A program made the translations under genes and the position numbers. Of a stretch of 64,000 nt of DNA, positions 53,846 through 64,000 are shown piece after piece. A model generated the notes under the pieces. The model was not told the origin of the DNA. It worked only from the letters and a program-made list of their open reading frames with translations, and ran no database searches. Source of the DNA: the human T2T-CHM13v2.0 reference genome, Homo sapiens. Location of the stretch: the NCBI RefSeq assembly GCF_009914755.1, contig NC_060933.1; one strand, given 5' to 3'. The first letter of the stretch is position 1; each line of letters starts with the position of its first letter.

Positions 53846-54671
53846 TTTGGACTCTTTATGACTTTAAAAATCTTATTCTCCCAAAGTTAGGCCAAAATAG
53901 CCACTAATCAACGTCCCATACTATTGCATTTTATGAAAAATATCCTTAGCCTGGAGAACTTTTTCTTTTTCCCCACAAGAAGTATTACCTCCATCTCATT
54001 GTCCCCTGGGCCAGCAAATAAGGTGATGTCCCAGGTGCTGCTCTACCTCCATGCCTGGCAAGTTTCCTGCTCTGGGGTTTGCATTTGGAAGTTTCCTTGG
54101 GGAGAGGAAGAAAGCTGCCAACTCCATCACTCTTCACCTCAAGTGCTTTTATTTCAAATCTTTGTCCCTAAGACCTTTCACTGCCACACATTTCAAATCT
54201 TTAAAGTAGTAAAAAGTAGTTATTTTCTATGAAGAGGATAAGAAAGTGTCTTTTACCTCTTGTAAAAATCTGTGATTCAATCAATCGTAAAAGCTTTTTT
54301 GTTGTTGTTGTCAAAATTCCATTTGGTTTCTGGGCTTAAGACAAATGCTTTCCCCTCTATAATATAAACTATGCCAGATTTGTTTTTGTTGAATTTCAAA
54401 GAACCATGATCCTTTTTCTAGCACTCATCTAAATGTATAATACACTTCCATTCTTGTCATTATTTGATCATTACTATCTTGACACTAGAAAGCAGCAAGT
54501 ATGTCTTATTTCTGTGTATTGCCTCTGCTAAGCAAAAGGTCTGACCCCTGGTAAACATTTAATAATATTTCCTGATTAAATGAACAAAGGAATATGAAAC
54601 AGAGTAATTGCTCAAAATCACATAAGCAAGAGATGTTTCTAACTATAAATACCATGTTTTTTCTTCTACAT

Positions 54672-54805
54672 CAAGGTGTTTTTTCAACCTGGCTGCATCC
54701 CAAACCAATTAATTAAATCAGAATCTCTGGATATGGAACCCTTCCATTAGTATTGTTAAAGCTCTTCAAATATTCTAATGTGCAGATAGGGTTGAGAGCC
54801 ACTCT
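54672..54805. mobile_element. MER5-like hAT MITE
   Basis: caacctggctgca...aattaaatcagaatctctgg...attctaatgtgcag...gggttgagagccact. Confidence 0.7.
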
Positions 54806-54911
54806 ATACTTTGCTCACTCTTTTAATATAATGATACAAAATCTTCCAGTATAATGAAGAAGAGCAATTAAGGGAGTCAAACTTGTCAATTGGTAGGAAA
54901 ACAAAAGAACA

Positions 54912-55480
<569 letters not shown>

Positions 55481-55591
55481 GGGGTGGGCTGGTAAGATCC
55501 AAATGCTGAATTAGGATGTTAGAATACAGCTACATGGGTTTCTGGGCTTCTGTGTGTCTCAGAATATCAATACATTTTATTTAAAAATATG

Positions 55592-56155
<564 letters not shown>

Positions 56156-56329
56156 TCATTTGATTACAATTATCCACACAGAGTGTTGGTGTTTATCATA
56201 CAATTGGATATTACTGTTACTTTTATAGATACATATAGGTTTAATCTGCCTACTTTCAGATACAGGAATGAAATCAGTTGAGAAGAAAATATTAAATAAA
56301 TTATTTTCTTAAAAACAAATTGACTCCTA

Positions 56330-56495
56330 CCCATTGTAAACATCTTAGCACAATACTTTACTTCTGTGGTGAGACTGATGTAAGCAAAACCTACTATGCT
56401 GCCAGACACATAAAAATACAGCACTTACAATTATGAGTAGTACATAATAGTTTATTTGATAATGATCGTAACCAATATGTTATTGATTTATGTTA
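56330..56495. mobile_element. Tigger3-family internal fragment
   Basis: aaacctactatgctgccag...acagcacttacaattatg...tacataata. Confidence 0.55.
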
Positions 56496-57861
56496 AAAAA
56501 AAATTGAGGTTTGAGACCATATAATTATGGCAGCAAAGGATAAACATTTGTCTTGTTGGTTTAAGGTGTTAAAGACATGTACTTGATCTCTATCTATTGA
56601 ATAATTGAAAGACTAGTTGAGGACTCCCAAAACTTTATTTCAGAAGTTGCAATTAAAAATATTTTATATTCTTCTAAATGATATTGCCAAAATATGACAA
56701 GAGAATACTTTTTTTGTCTGGATCTTTCTATGTTTCCATTATTAGATCTGTACTAAACCCTCCCCCACTAATTAGTTTGGCACAGTGCTTAAACATGCTT
56801 AAGATTTATCTCTTTATATGTTTTTGTAAGGTAGATAGTCTGGGAATTGTGTAATCTAATGGCAATTCCCAGAAATGATGTCCTCCAAATATAAATTATA
56901 AGAAATTAAAATGCCTTGCCTTTTAGGATGGGAAAAAAGGTATCTTCCTGAATTACTTTGTGAAGTTTAGTAGCTTATTCTTAGAACCTCGGTTTACTCC
57001 TCTCCAAAGTGAAGAAAATTATATCAAATTCAATGGATTTAATCAGGATTAAATTTAAAAGGTGTCTAAATTACCAGGTACAAGTCCTCGTTTACAACAA
57101 ATATTAAGTAGGTCTTAATTGCCCTTCTTTTCCTTTAACTCTATTACACCCTTGACTTCATCTATGGTGTAATTGTGAATATAAAATGAACATATAAATG
57201 TTCAGATGCTATAACTGTAATTTCCTATAAACAGTTATCACTATTAGATATCACCATTTTAGTTGTTTAGTTGTTTACTCTATCACTGTTGAGTTGCTCT
57301 TGTATTTTAAGTTTCCAGAAATAAATTTTAAAACATGAGTCTACTCTGTTGAATGCACTATAGAAATAGTACCAAAAGAAGAAAAGTTCATAAATTTAGA
57401 TATGCACATAGGCATAAGGGAGATGAAAAAATAGAAAATGTTGAAAAATATTGCTATAGTAATTGCTGCCTGCATCCTGTTTAGATTTGTTCTTGTCCTC
57501 CTGCATAGTTCCAGTCTTAAAAAGTAAAAGAGGTAGCTCCTGGGGCTAAATGAAGTCTTTCTTCTCCCCTCGTTTGTCCTACCTGGGAGTTCTCTGTTGC
57601 CATTGCCTACAAAGGGTGAATATTTCAGTATCAAACAAAAATGACTCATTTATCTTCTTATTTAAACTTGGTAAAGATGTGTTCTTTTGTTTTATTTCTA
57701 CAAAAATATCTGCTTCAACTACATGTATGCATTATTTCGGTTCAATATGAAACTTTTACTACAATGATGAACTTCTTGGGTTTGTATTTTACTTTACTAG
57801 AAACACATTTATAGAAAGGATACAAGTTTGGTATAAAATGTTACTAGGTATAATATTTATA

Positions 57862-58068
57862 CCTGAAAGCTAAACAATGGGTATACATAAAAAACAGTGG
57901 AAGCTCCAGAGGTAGGACAGTGGAGCGGGTAAGGCATAAAATACTACTTATCGCGTACAATGTACACTATTTGGGTGATGGGTACACTAAAAGCTCGCAC
58001 TTCTCTACTATGCAATATATCCATATAACACAATAACACTTGTACCCCCACATCCATTTTAAAAAAAC
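57862..58068 (+). mobile_element. L1PB-like 3' end
   Basis: gtacaatgtacactatttgggtgatgggtacactaaaagc...cacttgtacccc. Confidence 0.8.
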
Positions 58069-59059
58069 AAATTTAAAAAATGAGAACATCTTTGGAAAAA
58101 ACCAATCTAGTTATCTTTTCCCAAGTAAATTATGTTTGCATTCACCTGATAGCAACAAAGAGAGGAACTATGTTAGGGAAAACATATTTATCTTACGAAA
58201 TTTTCAATATGTAGGGCAAAAAATAAGCTGTGAGAAAATATGTTTCATATGAGCATATTAAATTGTTAGTAAAAGAAATATTGACTCCTTAGTTATTTTT
58301 AAATATATTATCAAGAAAAGATTGACTTCAAACAGATTTTACCCCGATATTTTATGCTGGCAGAAATAATGGACTTAAATTTTGCAGAGAGTAGGAGTGA
58401 ATTCTAAAATAATTAATTCAATGAAACTAAATAAAACATCGTCATGGATAAAAAGAATAGCTTGGCAAAAATGTTCTTTTCTACATGAGTTTTTCACACT
58501 TTTATTTACTCAATCAGCCAGAGGGTGCAGCTTATAGACCCAGGATATATTTCATTTACTGCTACATGTTATTATTATTATTTTTTCCTGTGGGAAATAT
58601 AATTCTGCCTCAGCTTCAGGTGGAATGAGAGGATGGGAGTTTTCTCCTGCAAGTTTGGAAGTTACATTGTGGAAACATATAAATTCTTCCGAGTGTCAAT
58701 GTTTTATTTTCCAAGTATTCAAACTCCCATATTAATATAAGAGCCAGTTTATAGATAGGCTGATTTGTTTAGGCCAGAGGATCTGTCTTTCTCCACAAAA
58801 GTCATTCAAACTCATCAGGACTTTAAACTTCCAACCAAGGGAAGTAACCTTCCAGTTCCACAATATATTCAGTTTGAAACAGATAAAGGGCGTCTTCAGA
58901 AATCCTCAAAATATTTATGTAATGATTTTAATCATTTTAAAATTACCTTCATAAGTTTCTCCTATGAACAGAATTCGAATTTGAGAACGTCTCTGCTATA
59001 GCATTTGGTAGTTTTGGTGAGACTGATCTGTGTGTTTTTTTTTTTTATAAGGTAGTTGT

Positions 59060-59250
59060 ATATTAAAAAGGACAGAACACTTTTGGTCAGGCATAACTGA
59101 ATCCCAGCTTTAGTACTAATTGTGACTTTTGACAAGCTCCCTACACTTCCTGAATCTCAAATTTCTCAACATACAACTAAGAAAATAAAATGTGTCTTTC
59201 AATAATAGAGGTAAAAAGCTTTGCATAGCACCTGACACTTACCAAGTCCT
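59060..59250 (+). mobile_element. MIR fragment
   Basis: gaatcccagcttt...tgtgacttttgacaag...tgaatctcaaatttctc. Confidence 0.6.
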
Positions 59251-61084
59251 TGGTTATGATTATCAGAGAAAATAAAATGCAGACTACTAGAGACTTACCA
59301 GGGAACCCATGAATGTTTACCATTTTGAGGCATAAGGGATGACCAAGGATATAGCTATACATTTTTCAAATTAAAAAAAGTTTCCAGATCCTCAAAATAT
59401 CAATTGATGTGCCACATTATTACAATAACATTTGAAGCAATAAATTTGCATAAAAGTAGCATTTGTTTAGCCCTTGGAATTATACTGACTCTATTAAGAA
59501 TTAGAGAAACTTCTTTATTCAGACTTTTCTGAAAGTTATTCCTTGTCTCACAATTTTTCCTTCAGAGCATCCTTTTATCAAGCCAGTAAAAGACAATTTA
59601 TCCAGAATCAGTCTAGCATGTCACAGTTCTATTTAACATTGTGGTGATTAAAATGACAGCACACATATCCCAGCACTCTTTTTGGTCAGGGTTTTTGGTC
59701 CACAGTTAAAATGAAACTTCAACACTTTCCTTAATGTCCAAAGTAATTTGGAAAACAGAATTTGAAGAAAAGAACATTTTTACTTCTGCTTTGCAAGGCC
59801 CATATGCTCCGTAAATATTATTTAGCATCTCCATGGTGCATTCTGTATGCACTCTGCTTTATAATCATTGCTATGGCCATTAGCATAAAAATGCTTTTCT
59901 CCAGTCCTTTTTTCCATACTTTGGCTTTGAAATTTTATCCTTATTCATAGTTCAAGAACTTTGCAAACAAATAAGATGCTGCACAGAATACTTTAGGCAG
60001 CTTCAATCCCAGTGCTAATCTGTACTGTGTAGCATGAAACTAAAGTTAAGAAAGCATATGACCAAAGATGGGAGAAAAATAATATTATGCCACAAGACAT
60101 ATGAGTAAAAACATTACATAAGGCCATTAACTATAAGATTAATATGTATTTTATCCTTACAATATAAATGCATTTAAGGCAGAGCAGAAACATAAACTTA
60201 TTTGTCCTATATGTGTATGTGTATATTATACATGCACACACACACACACACACACCTATTTATATATTAAGTTTATCATATATATTTTATTTAGTTTAGG
60301 ATATGTATACCATATATATTTAGACACAAATATGTTATTTGTTATATTTATTTTGTACTTGTATATTGATTATATATTTTATATAAAAATAAGTATCTCA
60401 GAGAAATAGCAAAACAAAAGCACCGATAAGATTAGAGTGTAGAAATGTACACATAGAGTCCTTTCTAATTTATGAATATGGAATAACCACTTGTTGGGAG
60501 AGAAAGGTAGGGAAATGTCAACAGTCTCCCACAAAGCCACAGTGGCCATAGGAGAAAACCAAGTCGGTTGCCCAGCATAGATTTTTCTGATTCTGAGACA
60601 AGAGAAAAGCTTCTCCTGTGAGTTACCAAGAAGATAAGCGATAAGAGGAAGACAGAGAATTTTTTTTATAGATTTTGACCACTGAGATCCAACGTAAAAT
60701 ATATAACTACTAATGTGTGGGTTGCTTTTTCTAATATGGGTCTTTTGTGCAAATTAAAAGGAAGTCAAAAGTCTTTGAGTCAAATCTTCCTTTATAGAAC
60801 ATTATTAGCACATTGTGAAGTTTCATGTTTATTAATACAGCCATTTTTAATTCACGTAACAGACACATTTCTAAAGATTTAAGTAAGAATCAAATTTTGG
60901 TAAAAGAAATTCTGTATTTTTGTAAGTAAAGTGTTTTTCTTTACAATGTCTCAATTGTGTTGTTTGGCAAACAGAATTTTTAACAATTTAATGAAGTCCA
61001 TTTAAAGGCAGAAGGAGAAAAAATAATTCAGTTAGGAAAAAAGAAAACCTAAGTTTTTACCTCATCAAAACGGACAACCAAATA

Positions 61085-61650
61085 ATCCATAAACCTGTCA
61101 ACATATGCTCAACATCATAAGTCATCAGGAAACACAAATTAAAACAACCACCGCTTACAACTAAATGCCCAGCAGAATGACAAAAATTAGCTAAAAATCC
61201 TGCATGCATTTATTAAAAGAAACTTGTACAAGAATACTAATAGCTGCACTTATCATACTAGCTCCAAACTAAAAACAATCCAAATAGCCCTCAACAGTAT
61301 AATGGATAAATGTATTGCGGCATATTCATTCAATAAAATTCTATATGGTAATAAAAATGCACAAACTACTGCTACACAAAACAACATGGGTGATTCTCAC
61401 AATTATAATGTTAAGCAAAACAAAGTCCAACATAAAAAAGGGTGTACTGCATGAATTCATTTATATGAAGTTTAAAAAGAGGCATCACTAATCGCTGAAG
61501 ATAAAAGACAGAAAGTGGTTCCCTTTAGGCAGTGACTGGGGAGTAATGACAAGGAGGAGACATGAGAAAGGCTTCCAAGGTGCTGGTTTGTTTAGTTTAT
61601 ACTTACTCATTCCTAAACCTCATCAAGCTGTACAGATATTCTTTGTGATT
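61085..61650 (+). mobile_element. Old L1ME/MC 3' fragment
   Basis: aatggataaatgtatt, acaacatgggtgattctcac, tactgcatgaattcatttatatgaagt. Confidence 0.7.
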
Positions 61651-63189
61651 TTTTTCTGTAATCCAGTAAGGGTTCTAAAAACACTGGAAAATAAGGATAC
61701 TTTCTATGTTAAATCACCCACAATAAGATATTAATAAAGCAAAAATAAAACAAAAGAATAAAGCCTCAGAAGTGTGTGCACCTTTGCTGTGTGATGTGGT
61801 TTCTCACTCTAACGGTTGTCCTTGTTATCTACCTCTTTTATAGCACTTATTCCATGGCATCGTATTGATCTGTTCGTATCTTTGTCACTACTTCTTAGCC
61901 TAAGAATTTCTCTCACGAAAGGAAGAAAGTATTACAGATATATAATATTGTTAGAGTTCTCTGCTGTGCTCTTAGAAAGGATTAGCATAGAAACAAGGCC
62001 AGTCTTTCCTGTGATTCATGCTAGATTTTCTCTACCAAGATCTATCCTCATGGTACTGAGTAGTTTGTACTCAGTCCACACCTGTAGGCAAGTCTGTACC
62101 CCACGACTCTGCCTTCAAACCATACCCCATTTCTGTCATCATCAAGAATGGGGAAAGTGTGGCCCCTAAAGCTAACCATCTTATCTGTGTTAGAAACTTC
62201 TGAATGGGGTTTAAGAATAGAAATGTTTGTTTGTTTTTGCTGAAAATGGAAAATAATATATTTCCTGATCTAAGACAAATAATTTCTACCAAGTATATAG
62301 TGAAGCAGAAGAACTAGTAGTAAGCATACATAATTAAGAATAACACAGACAGAAACAAAGATAAAAGACCATGTTACCTTGAGAGCTACAAAAAAGTACC
62401 TTCCTTTGTAACTTACTTTTTCTCATAGGTCCATGTGAGGCCAAACTACACTTTTATTACCAATAGATTCATCACTGACATTTAACGCAGCTTCTCCATG
62501 CCTATGTTACTTGCAAAACCAAGCAAACCCCATATCTTTACTATATATATATATTTTATGTATATATATATATATATACATAAAATATATGTTTCAATCA
62601 TATATGTTTGGAAATTTGATCTATATATACAAATATAGTTTAAAAATTTATATTTTGTTTAAGTTTTTCTTCTGAATTTCAAAAAAGTAGCACCATAATT
62701 TCTTGCCTTTCTCACATTAACCACAGAATAAAATTTTGTTTATCAGATGGCGGGTTTCTTGAAAGCAAGGAACTATTCCACTGGATCTTTTAACCCCAGC
62801 ATTTAGTACTAACTGACATAAAGAAAGTCTCCAATAAATGTTGACTTGGTAAATGAATGATCCTGACATGCAGAGATTCTGTCTGACAGACTCTGGACAG
62901 CATGAGAGTTCTTTATAAGTCCTGATGGTGACAATGGGTATTACAGGGAAAGAATATAGGACAAGGTCTTGGGAATAGGGTGATGAATTGAGGTAAACCC
63001 TTAACAAGAATGAGGTGGAGACATTTGATGTTTTTCTTCTCCCAAGAACCGGTTTATTCCCATAATTTCAAAAATGTCAATTTAGAAGTAAATTTAAAAA
63101 GTTCCTTTGCTATCCAAAGAGTGACCAACTTCCTTTTCACCTTCCTGGAATCAAAGAACAAAATGTGGCCGTTAAAAGAGGCTGTTTGG

Positions 63190-63537
<348 letters not shown>

Positions 63538-64000
63538 TTATGTTCCAGAATGCCTAATTTGAAGGCTTATGATTTGCTGAGGCAATGCAGCCAACTAGCT
63601 GTGCACAGCAGCTGCATGTTTATGTCTGATCCACAGTTAGAAAGATACGTCCATAAAATATGAAAACGTGATGATAAAAGCTCTGAAGTAATACCATGTA
63701 AATGGCACACAATTGGCTGTGCTGGACTGACCATGAGCACAGGGTGCCAAAAATGGTGCAAGACACAGTCTCAATTTTAACTTCCAAAAGTTATTGGAAA
63801 GTAATTGATTAAAACTGATAAACCATTGATATTTACTTGATTTCTATTCTGTCTACAATCTTTCACTTTAACCACATTGTTTCTTAGAATTTAAAGGTGA
63901 TAGATATGGAAAGCCAGTGACAACATGGTTCAATAGGTATATACTCTTATATGGCCATAAATCATTTTCTCTGACCCCGTTCTAATCAGCCTTTTTGTTT

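Overview
AT-rich human (primate) non-coding genomic DNA, either intergenic or deep intronic. An AluYa5 insertion indicates human origin. About half of the window is recognisable transposable element: L1PA/L1PB/L1M LINEs, seven Alus, a THE1B provirus abutting a MER57 remnant, Tigger and MER5 DNA transposons, MIR/L2/L3 relics and microsatellites. I recognise no host protein-coding gene, RNA gene or CRISPR array, and nearly all ORFs in the track are L1/Alu/THE1 debris or chance ORFs. The notable signals are structural. (1) An orphan L1PA 5'UTR begins exactly at the ORF0 start codon, keeps an open 88-codon ORF0, and has a host-derived acceptor upstream and a duplicated donor downstream. (2) A 5'-inverted L1PA7/8 has an unusually long ~760-bp duplicated overlap that forms a long inverted repeat. 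(3) There are two apparent L1 3' transductions. (4) Several near-perfect hairpins appear to have arisen by inverted duplication. (5) A speculative minus-strand transcript could run from a DUX4-motif-bearing THE1B LTR through well-formed splice sites. Subfamily names come from recalled consensus features, not a database run, and boundaries of old elements are approximate. I found no well-supported new biological system.
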